From: an uncultured archaeon
GTDB taxonomy: Archaea; Aenigmatarchaeota; Aenigmatarchaeia; QMZP01; JACQNV01
Reading direction: 5' to 3'
Assembly (NCBI GenBank): GCA_964410585.1
Contig: CAYPFW010000001.1
Location: forward strand, 224,001-288,000
Length of the DNA stretch: 64,000 bases
Below are positions 30,619 to 40,275 of the stretch, piece after piece. The number at the start of each line of letters is the position of its first letter. The first letter of the stretch is position 1. Under the pieces are notes generated by a model that worked only from the letters and a program-made list of their open reading frames with translations, ran no database searches and had not been told where the DNA came from. The position numbers and the translations under genes are program-made.

Positions 30619-31251
30619 ATGGGAATATATAGATGGATGAAAGAAGCACCAACTTGGAAAGTTGTGACAGGACTCATTGTAGCAAAAGCAGTTTTATTGG
30701 GTACTTTGGCTGCACCAAAAGTTCATGTTGGTAAGGAAAACGCAGGAATGGATATCAGAAGATATACAACTTGGATGTTTTCCACACCAGAACCAGTAAC
30801 AGCAGAAGTCAGAAAAGGGGAATATTTTGGAAGGCCCCTGCTTGGCCAATATTCTTTTGAACCATCCATAAATGAGACAGTGACTTCTTCTAGAGTTTAC
30901 AGAGGAGAAAATGGAGAGTTAATACACGTGGCTACAGATGATTGGGGAAGAGATGGAGAACAAGACACTCTGAGTGTGGTTGCAACAACAGGAGAATGGA
31001 GAAGTGGAAATAGAAAACTATTGTATGCACAAGGTTGGACAAGGGAAAGAATTGGTGGAAAGTTGGTTTTATTTTCAGATGGTTATCAAGGCCCTTTGAC
31101 ACCTCAAGAGGCTGCTGGTCTATCACCTGATTTGCAAAAATTCGCAGGCGCAGAAGGAGATATAGATCCTGAAAGACTTTCCATAAACGTGAGAGAAGAA
31201 GCATACAGGATGACAAAAGCAGGAGAAGATAAGAGATTTGAGATAAAGTAG
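30619..31251 (+). CDS. Hypothetical N-anchored exported protein
   Basis: N-terminal hydrophobic helix; DDWGRDG loop. Confidence 0.72.
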   Translation: MGIYRWMKEAPTWKVVTGLIVAKAVLLGTLAAPKVHVGKENAGMDIRRYTTWMFSTPEPVTAEVRKGEYFGRPLLGQYSFEPSINETVTSSRVYRGENGELIHVATDDWGRDGEQDTLSVVATTGEWRSGNRKLLYAQGWTRERIGGKLVLFSDGYQGPLTPQEAAGLSPDLQKFAGAEGDIDPERLSINVREEAYRMTKAGEDKRFEIK

Positions 31252-31257
31252 GTGCAT

Positions 31258-32700
31258 ATGATAAGAACATTCAGAAACTACGCGAGAAGTTTTGGAGCTG
31301 CAGTAGCTATAGGAGCAGCAGCTCTTGGTTTAAGTTGGTTTTTGGATTCAGCTGAGCCGACGGTCATCAAAAGATACACAGAAAATGGAAGGGAAGTCAC
31401 GCTTTTTGATTATGACGGGAATTTGTCGACAGTAGAGGAAAGAGTGACGAGAGGAAGATTTCCAGCTTTTGGATCTGAACCTCCTTTTGGTGGATATACA
31501 GAAAAAAAAGAATTTGAACCTCCAGTAGAAAGAGATGGAAAAAAAGTGAATACAGAAGTCAGTTTTTATGATCCAAGTGGCAGACGAGTTGAAGGCCCAA
31601 TAAGGACTTTGGAACCGAGAGAAGGCGGGCTTGAAACACCTGAAGAAAAACAAGAGGCTGCAGAAGAGCCAGCATATTTGGCAGAAATAAGAAGCTATTT
31701 TGAAGTAATAGAAAGGCTCACAGAGACTGGAGTTGTGGATGATGTCAGTCATCTGTATCACTATGTAAGCAACCAAAAACATTTTCCAGATGTGAAAGAC
31801 ATGGATATAGAAGTGGATCAGATACCTTCCTTTTATCCAGTAGGACTTTTTGGATCTAGAAGTAGTTATGTTGTATTCAAGTATAGAAATAGTTCAACTA
31901 CGCAGGAAGCTGGTCTACCTGAAGAAGTTGAAATAACTGTCAGTACATCAGATACAATTAAACCTAAAAATGAGGTCAGCTTTAGCTTGTTAATTGGAGG
32001 CAAGAAATTGGTCTCTTTCAGTGATGGATTTGATATTAATGATAATAGATACAAGACAGTTTTCATAGCAACTGACACAATACAAACTTCTTCTTTCGAC
32101 ATAGACGGAGAAGATCTTATATGCAAAAATAGCAGCAATGATTTTGATCTCCGTGGTGAAAAAATTCCAATAGGCACAAGGATAGATGGAAGTAAAGTTT
32201 TGAGAGCAGTTGAGCATTTCGGGGAACAGGCAACAAAAGTAGAGGATATGTTTTATGCTAGCCTTGCAAGGAAAGTAAGGGACTATGTGGTTAGAAAGAA
32301 TAATAGGAATTTCAGTCCTGAATACTATATGGATAGTTTCGAAGATGGTTATATACTCTTAAGCGTTCACACAACATCAGGAGTGTTACTTTTACAAGAT
32401 CGTCGTGGAATTTTTGACACTGATGAACTACATGGAAAACCAACTTATCTAGAAGGTGGAAGAAAAATGATTATAGAAGGAAAAACAGTCAATAAAAATG
32501 ATGGAATGACGCAATTTAATAGAGACGGAACAGTAACTTTTACACCTATTAAGAAACCTTTGGTAGCTCCGGACAATGATGTAGATGGGAGAATAACTGG
32601 TGTAGATGAAAAAGTAGAAGGTGATCATATTCTTAACATGAATACAGAGCAATACAGAAAATTGCTGCTCGAGTTAGACGAAAAGATAGGAGATGAATGA
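31258..32700 (+). CDS. Hypothetical N-anchored exported protein
   Basis: AGGTG SD; leader RTFRNYARSFGAAVAIGAAALGL; DYDGN and DNDVDG loops. Confidence 0.75.
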   Translation: MIRTFRNYARSFGAAVAIGAAALGLSWFLDSAEPTVIKRYTENGREVTLFDYDGNLSTVEERVTRGRFPAFGSEPPFGGYTEKKEFEPPVERDGKKVNTEVSFYDPSGRRVEGPIRTLEPREGGLETPEEKQEAAEEPAYLAEIRSYFEVIERLTETGVVDDVSHLYHYVSNQKHFPDVKDMDIEVDQIPSFYPVGLFGSRSSYVVFKYRNSSTTQEAGLPEEVEITVSTSDTIKPKNEVSFSLLIGGKKLVSFSDGFDINDNRYKTVFIATDTIQTSSFDIDGEDLICKNSSNDFDLRGEKIPIGTRIDGSKVLRAVEHFGEQATKVEDMFYASLARKVRDYVVRKNNRNFSPEYYMDSFEDGYILLSVHTTSGVLLLQDRRGIFDTDELHGKPTYLEGGRKMIIEGKTVNKNDGMTQFNRDGTVTFTPIKKPLVAPDNDVDGRITGVDEKVEGDHILNMNTEQYRKLLLELDEKIGDE

Positions 32701-33500
32701 CAAGAAAATTCATGGACTACGCGAGAAGTTTAGGCGGTAGATTATTTTTAGGTTCAGCTGCACTGTGTTTAGGGCTAGCTGTAGCCCAACCAATCAGAAA
32801 CGCTGTAAGAAATTGGGGATCAGAAGATTTTGTAGGAAACATCATAGAATATGTTTCCAGCAAGTTCCATGAGAGGAGAGACGGAACATTTTATCTGCAT
32901 TGTGATTTTCCAGGAAAACGTGTTGACATTTCTATTAAAATTGAAAATGGAAGACCACTAAGATATCTCAATATAGAAAACAGTGATTTTGTTAGCCAAA
33001 ACGGAACAAGTACTTTGTACAATAAAAGACCTGGTTTTGAGGACGTCAATGGAAATGGAAGACTAGAGAATGGAGACAACGTAACATGGGTTTATTACCA
33101 AGAAAATGGTTATGATAAAGTGCTTGAGGAAGCAGATAAAGCATACAGAGACCAATTGAAAGACTTGAATACAAGGGTACAAGAACTTAAACATTTGGAC
33201 AAGTTGACAGAGGCCATACAAGAGGATGTTATTGAAACAGGAAAACCTGAATTTGTTTCAGATGTTTCAGTATTTCCCAAAGTTCCTTTGCTTTCATTTT
33301 TTACAAAAAGGTCTGGGAACAATTTCCACAAAACATACACCCTAGGAGACGGTTCACGAGCGTCTTTTTTTGTTAGTCTTTATGATAACATCCCAAAACT
33401 GTTAATTGATGATTCACAAAACACTTCAATCCTCCCAAGATACCAAGATATGGAAATTATGGAAAGAGTGGTAAAAGAAGCTGGTCTAAAAATTGATTAG
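32697..33500 (+). CDS. Hypothetical N-anchored exported protein
   Basis: ATGA overlap; leader RKFMDYARSLGGRLFLGSAALCLGL; DVNGNG loop. Confidence 0.75.
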   Translation: MTRKFMDYARSLGGRLFLGSAALCLGLAVAQPIRNAVRNWGSEDFVGNIIEYVSSKFHERRDGTFYLHCDFPGKRVDISIKIENGRPLRYLNIENSDFVSQNGTSTLYNKRPGFEDVNGNGRLENGDNVTWVYYQENGYDKVLEEADKAYRDQLKDLNTRVQELKHLDKLTEAIQEDVIETGKPEFVSDVSVFPKVPLLSFFTKRSGNNFHKTYTLGDGSRASFFVSLYDNIPKLLIDDSQNTSILPRYQDMEIMERVVKEAGLKID

Positions 33501-33548
33501 GAGTCAACTTGCTATTAGCTATTTATATCTACACTCTATTGATTAAAT

Positions 33549-34580
33549 ATGACCAGTGAGAAAATACTTGTTCTGTCTATCGATAGAGACGATGATTTAG
33601 GAAGAAAAGCAGGAGTCAAAGGGCCTGTTCTAGGGCCTGAAAAAGTAAAAGAAGCTGCACACAAGCTGGGTTTGGCAGATCCTGAAGATTCTGATTTTAA
33701 TGCAATGTTCGAAGCGATGAGGGTATACGAGGAAGTTAAACAAGGATCAGAGGCACAGGTTGCTGTTTTGACTGGACACAAAAATGTCGGTTTTACTTCA
33801 GATAAGATTGTCTCAGAACAGTTCAACCAGATTTTGAAAAAATTCCCTGCAACTGGGATTGTTTTTGTGACAGATGGTGTGGAAGATGAGCACACCTTAC
33901 CTATAATTCAATCTAAAGTACCTGTTATCTCTGTGAGAAGGGTTTTGGTTAAACAAGCTCCGCAGCTTGAATCTTCATACTACAAGGCAAAAGACTTTTT
34001 AGAAGAATCTTTGAAAGACCCTAAATTGGCAAGGGTTGTTTTTGGGCTCCCAGCTTTGACCTTGCTGTTGCTTGGTTTATTTGGCTTGCAGGGATTTAGG
34101 TTTGTTCTAGCCATACTTGGAATTTACTTGCTTGTGAAAGGATTCAAGCTTGAAAAATCAGTCACCGGCGGATTTGAAGAATTGAGAATAGCATTTGCTG
34201 AGAAAAGGCTGGCATTCTTTACATATACACTAGCAATAGTTATTGGGGGATTATCTGTATATAGGGGTTATGGCGCACTTTCTGAATGGGCAAGTGTAGG
34301 TATATTTGAATCAGTTGCTGCATTCTTCTTTTCATCTGCATACTTCTTTTGGATTGCAGTATCAGCGGGCTGGTTTGCAAGACTATTTAGCCATTCACAC
34401 AAACACACAAAGGGAACACTCGCAGCTGGGCCTATTTTTGGATTTGCAATAGCTTTGGTTATTTCAAATGCCAGTGAAATGGTTCTAAAGCCTGTCATTG
34501 GGCTTACTAACTTTTTGATTGCTATTGTGCTTGGCTTTGCTTTGATTGGAGTAGCTGTTTATTTGGAGAAGAGAAGATAG
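33549..34580 (+). CDS. DUF373 family archaeal membrane protein
   Basis: LVLSIDRDDDLGRKAG..GPV.G...LGLADPEDSD.N..F and VTDGVEDE...ESSYY, plus multiple TM helices. Confidence 0.9.
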   Translation: MTSEKILVLSIDRDDDLGRKAGVKGPVLGPEKVKEAAHKLGLADPEDSDFNAMFEAMRVYEEVKQGSEAQVAVLTGHKNVGFTSDKIVSEQFNQILKKFPATGIVFVTDGVEDEHTLPIIQSKVPVISVRRVLVKQAPQLESSYYKAKDFLEESLKDPKLARVVFGLPALTLLLLGLFGLQGFRFVLAILGIYLLVKGFKLEKSVTGGFEELRIAFAEKRLAFFTYTLAIVIGGLSVYRGYGALSEWASVGIFESVAAFFFSSAYFFWIAVSAGWFARLFSHSHKHTKGTLAAGPIFGFAIALVISNASEMVLKPVIGLTNFLIAIVLGFALIGVAVYLEKRR

Positions 34581-34623
34581 ATTGATTCTATAACATATTA
34601 AAGTCTTACTCTACACATTTTCT

Positions 34624-35694
34624 ATGAACCAAAATCAGTGGATAGATGTTGAAAAAGAACCCGAGACATTTTTTAAAACATATTTTGGAGGGGAAACAGT
34701 AGAAGACGCTGCAAGAAACCTTCAAGTTTTAGACTCAAGACCTAAAGATTGGTTGAGCTATCTTCTCGAGTTTAGAGTAAGATTTAGAAGATCTCCACAA
34801 GACAGAGAGGAAGTTTACAGGGCTTTAGAATTGTCAGAAGAACAAATCAGACAAGCAGAGGTGGATCTAAAAAATAGTAAGAGAAGATGGAAAAATAAAG
34901 AAAAGATGTATGTTCAAGAACCACCGAAACAGGAAGAGAGTGAACCTCAAAATCAAAAAAGATATACTAAAGAACTGAGAAAGAGAAGAGTGGGAAGAAA
35001 ATCCATTTATTCCCAAAACGATATAAGGCAGGCTGTTTTAGATAATTTTGTTCTAACCCAAAAAGAAATTGCAGAAATAGTTGGATGCGATCAACCATTA
35101 ATAGGTAAGCGCATGGTTGAAATGCCTGAAATATCCCAAGTTATTGCTAAGAGAAAAAAAGCATTCCGAGAACTTAGGGATAATCCATATGTCTACCTCG
35201 TGATTGCAGATGAAGAAAAAATGTTTGGGAGCCTAGCTGATTCTGGAAAGTATATGATTGAGAAAATTAAAGAGGGTGTCAGCTTTGAAGATATTAGAAT
35301 CAAGCGGAGGAAAACTGATTTAGTTGTGAAATTAAGAAGGCAAGATGTTTTAGTTGAAGATGTTAGAAAAGCAATATATAGTCAACCTGTTGTAACACAG
35401 GCTGAAGTTGGCAAAACTCTTGGAATAACAAGATATGATGTGATTTATAGATTTAGGGGTCAAGATGCATTGAGAATGCTTCTAAAAATCCGAACTCAGG
35501 AAGCAAAAGGGGCAAAAAAAGAAGGAAAGCCTCTCTATATAGTGAGATCAAATGGAGACGAATACTGTACATCAAGTCTTAGAGAGCTAGGGGAATATAT
35601 GCTCAGATATAGGAATGCAAACAAGGGGATTTTAAATGTTGATATATATAGGCGGTCATCTAGATCTATACCCACAATAAGAAGCGTGAGATAG
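34624..35694 (+). CDS. Hypothetical basic protein with two HTH-containing repeats
   Basis: LTQKEIAEIVGCDQPLI and VTQAEVGKTLGITRYDV. Confidence 0.65.
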   Translation: MNQNQWIDVEKEPETFFKTYFGGETVEDAARNLQVLDSRPKDWLSYLLEFRVRFRRSPQDREEVYRALELSEEQIRQAEVDLKNSKRRWKNKEKMYVQEPPKQEESEPQNQKRYTKELRKRRVGRKSIYSQNDIRQAVLDNFVLTQKEIAEIVGCDQPLIGKRMVEMPEISQVIAKRKKAFRELRDNPYVYLVIADEEKMFGSLADSGKYMIEKIKEGVSFEDIRIKRRKTDLVVKLRRQDVLVEDVRKAIYSQPVVTQAEVGKTLGITRYDVIYRFRGQDALRMLLKIRTQEAKGAKKEGKPLYIVRSNGDEYCTSSLRELGEYMLRYRNANKGILNVDIYRRSSRSIPTIRSVR

Positions 35695-35698
35695 ATTT

Positions 35699-36469
35699 AT
35701 GATAAACATCAAACCAATATACGTCGGCATAGATTTGCACGGCACTTTGCTGAACAAAAATGAAGAAATAGAAGAAAGATTTCATAGGCCTCTTGAGGAT
35801 GCCTTGAAAAAACTGAAAACAAAAGCCAAAATCTATGTTTGTTCTGGGAATGATTTGCCTTTTGTGAAAGAGGTTTTACCGAAAGATATATTTGAGCTGT
35901 TTGATGGTTTTGTGTTGGAAACTGGATGTGTTTTTTCTGATGGGAAAACCGAGGTTGTAAAAACTCCAGAAAGCGTGCAACAGAAAGCCCATGAATTAAG
36001 GAAGGAATTGGAACAGAAGGGGTTCTCAGAAGTCAACGAGTTTAGACGAAGGCTGACAACTGTTTCTTTGTTTTGTTCAAGCCCAAAAGAGTTTGTTAAA
36101 AAAGTAGAAGGGTTTGTGCAAAAATCAGTATACAGAAACGATTTTTCTGTAACATATTCAAGCGTGGCTGTTGATGTGATTCCAAAAGGATGGGACAAGT
36201 TCATGGGTATGCAAAAACTGGCAGGAGAAAACACCATAATTGGGATTGCAGATTCGATGAATGATTTTGAATTTTTGGCTAAATCGGATTTTTCGTTTGT
36301 TCCAGCCAACGCGCCGAAAGAGGTTTTGGAGAAGTTGGAAAAGGAAAGGAAGAGTATTGTTAATTTGGAAAAAATGAATCAATTAGAAAAAAACATTATC
36401 GGAAAGGCCAAAAACCAAGAGACTGAAGGAGTGTTGGAGATATTGGATTTTATCCAAACAGCGATTTAA
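35699..36469 (+). CDS. HAD-superfamily hydrolase, subclass IIB
   Basis: IDLHGTLL, CSGN, DK..G and ADSMND motifs. Confidence 0.85.
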   Translation: MINIKPIYVGIDLHGTLLNKNEEIEERFHRPLEDALKKLKTKAKIYVCSGNDLPFVKEVLPKDIFELFDGFVLETGCVFSDGKTEVVKTPESVQQKAHELRKELEQKGFSEVNEFRRRLTTVSLFCSSPKEFVKKVEGFVQKSVYRNDFSVTYSSVAVDVIPKGWDKFMGMQKLAGENTIIGIADSMNDFEFLAKSDFSFVPANAPKEVLEKLEKERKSIVNLEKMNQLEKNIIGKAKNQETEGVLEILDFIQTAI

Positions 36470-37922
36470 AAATTCCTCTGGCTATTAGGCCTGCTGTTGT
36501 TGGTGTAACATCTTCACCATTTACATAAATTTTAGAACCTTCTCTACATGCCCCTATTGTATCTATACCACTTCTAACATACACAACAGCGCGCCTGATG
36601 CCACCAACTGTACCATAAACATGTCCGTCAACTCTTAGCTCACTTTTTGGATCTGAATCAGTTGAGTGAAATGGACCAACTCCAAGTATATTTCCTCTAA
36701 GATCTCCACCTATTTCACAAGTAAAATGTCCTTGATGATGATGTTTTGCAACATCTCCCCTAACACTTCCTCTAACTATAATTTTTGTTCCATAACTGCC
36801 CTGACTACTAACAACATCGCCTACAACATCGCCATCAACTATAATTTGACAGTTTCTACAATCATACTCTACAAGACCTTCCACATTTCCCCTAACTCTT
36901 GTTGTGCCTCCCTGTTGCCCAAATCCCACCAATGCTCTTTCTGATGCACTTCCTATAACTATGTCTCCACCTTTCATTCCAGTTCCAACTTGACTATTCA
37001 AAACGCGGCCTCTGACATCTACAAGACCTCCTGATTTTCCATATCCTATTAAAGTGTGTGAAACATCTTTGTGAAATATGGTTTCCCCTCCAGATTGGTG
37101 AGCGGCTAACCCCTCTTCAGAAAGGCTCGGGAAATCACAAAAAACTTCTATCTTCCCCCCTTCCTGCCAACCACCGAAAGTGTTTTGGAAACCATCACAT
37201 GCATACGTTGAATAGAGGCTATCTTTAAACCGATAGACAACGGCATGCCCGTCTTTCATGCGGTGTAGTATTAACAAAGGTACAGGTCCTTTGAACTCTA
37301 TTGTGCCGCCTTCCAAATGACCTCCAGACCAATTACCTACTTCTCCTTCGAAAATAACTTTGGCTCCTTTTTTAAGATGCTGTGCACAGCCATCGCCAAC
37401 ATTACCCTTTACAATAACTGTGCTGTTCCTCAAAAAAGAGCAAACATTTGACGGGCGTCCATATTCTCTGGCTCCATTCCAATCAGTATCATAAAGAAGT
37501 TCATATCCACATTCTTTTTCTGAAAGTATTCCAGATGAAATATCGGCATCAAAAGACTGCTTACTAGGTGTTGCATCTAAAACTATTTCTTGTCCTGGCT
37601 TAAGTTTGCTATCTAGAAGAGCAGAAAACTGAACACCCAATGCACTCTTGCCGCCAAGCCAATATCTTCTTCTAAAGTATCTTGAAAGATGTTCAGGAGA
37701 ACATCTTATGTCCGAAACAGCATCTTTTGTTTCCCTATATACTTCTTCAGGGTCTTCTCCAGACGATTTTTCGAAAGCTTGATTTATTTGGTCTTCTACA
37801 TAAGCAAAATGTGAATCCTCTGTTACAGGAACAACCACTCGACCAGAATCTTTTCTTCTTTGGCGCGCTTTTTCCTCAACTTTTTTTATTTCGTCTTCAC
37901 TTACATCAAAATCATTTTTCAT
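36450..37922 (-). CDS. GltB/FmdC/FwdC-like GXGXG beta-helix protein, paralog 2
   Basis: Repeated (I/V)xG...G..MKGG.I motifs; paralogous to 37933-39321. Confidence 0.8.
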   Translation of the reverse strand: MKNDFDVSEDEIKKVEEKARQRRKDSGRVVVPVTEDSHFAYVEDQINQAFEKSSGEDPEEVYRETKDAVSDIRCSPEHLSRYFRRRYWLGGKSALGVQFSALLDSKLKPGQEIVLDATPSKQSFDADISSGILSEKECGYELLYDTDWNGAREYGRPSNVCSFLRNSTVIVKGNVGDGCAQHLKKGAKVIFEGEVGNWSGGHLEGGTIEFKGPVPLLILHRMKDGHAVVYRFKDSLYSTYACDGFQNTFGGWQEGGKIEVFCDFPSLSEEGLAAHQSGGETIFHKDVSHTLIGYGKSGGLVDVRGRVLNSQVGTGMKGGDIVIGSASERALVGFGQQGGTTRVRGNVEGLVEYDCRNCQIIVDGDVVGDVVSSQGSYGTKIIVRGSVRGDVAKHHHQGHFTCEIGGDLRGNILGVGPFHSTDSDPKSELRVDGHVYGTVGGIRRAVVYVRSGIDTIGACREGSKIYVNGEDVTPTTAGLIARGIFKSLFG

Positions 37923-37932
37923 ATTTATAGCA

Positions 37933-39321
37933 TCAGTCTCCCAATAATTTTTTAAAAATTCCTCTGGCTATTAGGTTTGCAGTTGTTGGTGTAACATCTC
38001 CTCCGTTTTCATAAACTCTACAACCTTCGCTACATTTTTCTAGCCTCTCTATTTTTCTCCCAACATGGACATCGGCCCAATTCAAATAGCCAACTGTTCC
38101 ATAAACAGATTTGTGAACTGTTATCTGGCTTTTTGGACCAGATGAACTACCATATCCTACATATTGTATGTTTCCTGTTACATTGCCTTCGATTGTACAT
38201 GTTATATATTTCGAACCGCGACCGACATCGCCTTTAACATTTCCGTGGACAGTTATATCCACACCATTGTCCCCTCTTCCACCAACATTTCCAGTTACAT
38301 CACCACCAACAATTATTGTACAACCAGAGCTGCCTTCGCTTATATTAGCTCTTGCACTGCCTTTAACATGAATTGTTCCACCAAGTGTTCTTTCTCCAAC
38401 AATTCCTTCTTGAACACTTCCCAAAACTATTTCTCCACCAGTCATTTTATAACCTATTTTACATCTAATAGCTCTTTTCACACTGATGTCTCCATACTCC
38501 TTGTTAGGCCCTATACTACAGTCAGTTACCGTCCCATGAAAATTAATTTCTCCTCCTTTCTGACATGCTCCGATAGAACTACTCTGGGTTAACATAGAAA
38601 CATCGCACATGACATCTATTTTACCTTCTTCCTGATTTGCACCAAATGAGGAATATGGATATGGTTCATTCTTAAATTGATGAACTATTGCGTGACCATC
38701 TTTCATGCCTTTAAGTATATCGGTTTCTGCAGGGCCCCTAAATTCTATTTCTCCTCCATCTAAAAAATTGCCGGAATCCTTTTCAGATTCACCTTCAAAA
38801 ATAACTTTTGCTCCTCGTTTGACGTGTTGGGCTGCACACTCTCCAGAATTTCCTTTTATTGTCACTGTTCCTCTTTCTAAAAAAGAGCAGACGTATTTGA
38901 GGCTATAAGGATCATTAATTGTCCTTGCATCTAAAAATATTTCTTCCCCCTCTCTAAGCATTCTATTAAGAAGAGATGAGAAAAAAATACCCAATTGACG
39001 AGAATCTGGGCCAGCGTCTGCTTTTCTTTTGAAATATCTTGACAATTCTTGAGATGGGAAATGTGGCAATGTAGAAACACATCTTCTTGCTCTTTCATAC
39101 ACGTCTTGTGATCCCCAATCACCAGATATTCTATCATCTAAACTATCTCTGCCTTCTATAAATCTTTTGAATGCTGAATCTATTTGATCTTCAATATAAT
39201 CTAAGTGAGAATCGTCTGTTACTGGTTTGACAATTCGACCAGATTGTGTCCTTTTATCACGTGCTTTTCCAATAACATCTTCTATTTCATCCTTTGTGAC
39301 ATCAAAATCAGAATTCGTCAT
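37933..39321 (-). CDS. GltB/FmdC/FwdC-like GXGXG beta-helix protein, paralog 1
   Basis: Start MTNSDFDV overlaps the upstream TGA (ATGA) and aligns with MKNDFDV of paralog 2. Confidence 0.8.
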   Translation of the reverse strand: MTNSDFDVTKDEIEDVIGKARDKRTQSGRIVKPVTDDSHLDYIEDQIDSAFKRFIEGRDSLDDRISGDWGSQDVYERARRCVSTLPHFPSQELSRYFKRKADAGPDSRQLGIFFSSLLNRMLREGEEIFLDARTINDPYSLKYVCSFLERGTVTIKGNSGECAAQHVKRGAKVIFEGESEKDSGNFLDGGEIEFRGPAETDILKGMKDGHAIVHQFKNEPYPYSSFGANQEEGKIDVMCDVSMLTQSSSIGACQKGGEINFHGTVTDCSIGPNKEYGDISVKRAIRCKIGYKMTGGEIVLGSVQEGIVGERTLGGTIHVKGSARANISEGSSGCTIIVGGDVTGNVGGRGDNGVDITVHGNVKGDVGRGSKYITCTIEGNVTGNIQYVGYGSSSGPKSQITVHKSVYGTVGYLNWADVHVGRKIERLEKCSEGCRVYENGGDVTPTTANLIARGIFKKLLGD

Positions 39322-40274
39322 CCTTGGAGTTTCCAGACGACCTTGCCGCCTGCCTTTGTTATAGCCTCTGTTATTTCCCCCGCACGTTGCACACTTATTT
39401 TCCATTTAATTTCATCATAAGCAGACCTATACGAAGATGGGCTCAAAACAGGATGAGCCTTCCTCAAAAACAAGCGCACCTCATCTTGATTAACGTCTGA
39501 AAAAGCGGCTTCTTCTCTTCTAGATGCTTCAAGTTCTCCAGATGTTTGTGCAAGTTGTGCGGCCACCCTTGGTTGTAAATCTCTTTCTAGAAGAACATAC
39601 ACTTTTGCAAGTGTAATTTTTGCAACATGTTTTTCTGGAAGCGATAAATTGTGTGGTTCTTTTGCCTTATCTAAAATAGCTGGGAGAAGGGTTCTTGTTC
39701 TATCGATTCTTGCAGGCAAAGTTATGCCTTCTTGAACTAATCTTTGAACTTCAACACTAGCTGTCATGTCTGCCGAATAATCATTTTTAAGCCTTGCAAC
39801 TTCATGTGGTGAATGGCTTCTGTCAGATTGTATGTTGGCATCCAAATCACCGATTAAATCCAACATTGCTTCTTTGTTGTCTGCAATGTATTGTTTAGCA
39901 TCTAACCAATGCTGTCTTTTGTCTTCTAATTCTTTAGCTTTTTTGCCTGCTCTAAAACAACCATAAAATCTTCTAATTTTTCCTGGATCAAAGTAAGAAG
40001 CTATGCGATTTATTTCAGGGTTCGAAGAAAATTGTGCAATCGCTGCAAAACCTCCGACTATTTGAACTGTGAGCTCTAGATATCTTTCCATATCTCTTTC
40101 TGGATCTAATCGATCTGCTTCATCGATATACACTTGAATATGCGCGTGGCAGTGTTCATTTAGAAGGGCGAAAAACCCGTTGCCGTCGACACCACCGGCT
40201 GTTCTTGCTTGCTCTAATCTTTTCCTCAATGCCTCTCCTTCATTTCTGACTCTTCTGTATACATCTTCTTCCAT
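39318..40274 (-). CDS. Hypothetical alpha-helical protein
   Basis: Start MEEDVY lies just after the upstream stop; coupled to the downstream gene. Confidence 0.72.
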   Translation of the reverse strand: MEEDVYRRVRNEGEALRKRLEQARTAGGVDGNGFFALLNEHCHAHIQVYIDEADRLDPERDMERYLELTVQIVGGFAAIAQFSSNPEINRIASYFDPGKIRRFYGCFRAGKKAKELEDKRQHWLDAKQYIADNKEAMLDLIGDLDANIQSDRSHSPHEVARLKNDYSADMTASVEVQRLVQEGITLPARIDRTRTLLPAILDKAKEPHNLSLPEKHVAKITLAKVYVLLERDLQPRVAAQLAQTSGELEASRREEAAFSDVNQDEVRLFLRKAHPVLSPSSYRSAYDEIKWKISVQRAGEITEAITKAGGKVVWKLQG

Positions 40275-40275
40275 C

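Noticed and set aside
36450-39321. Calling these genes fwdC or glutamate synthase
   Set aside because: Only the GXGXG solenoid is shared; they have extra N- and C-terminal parts and no partner subunits in the window.
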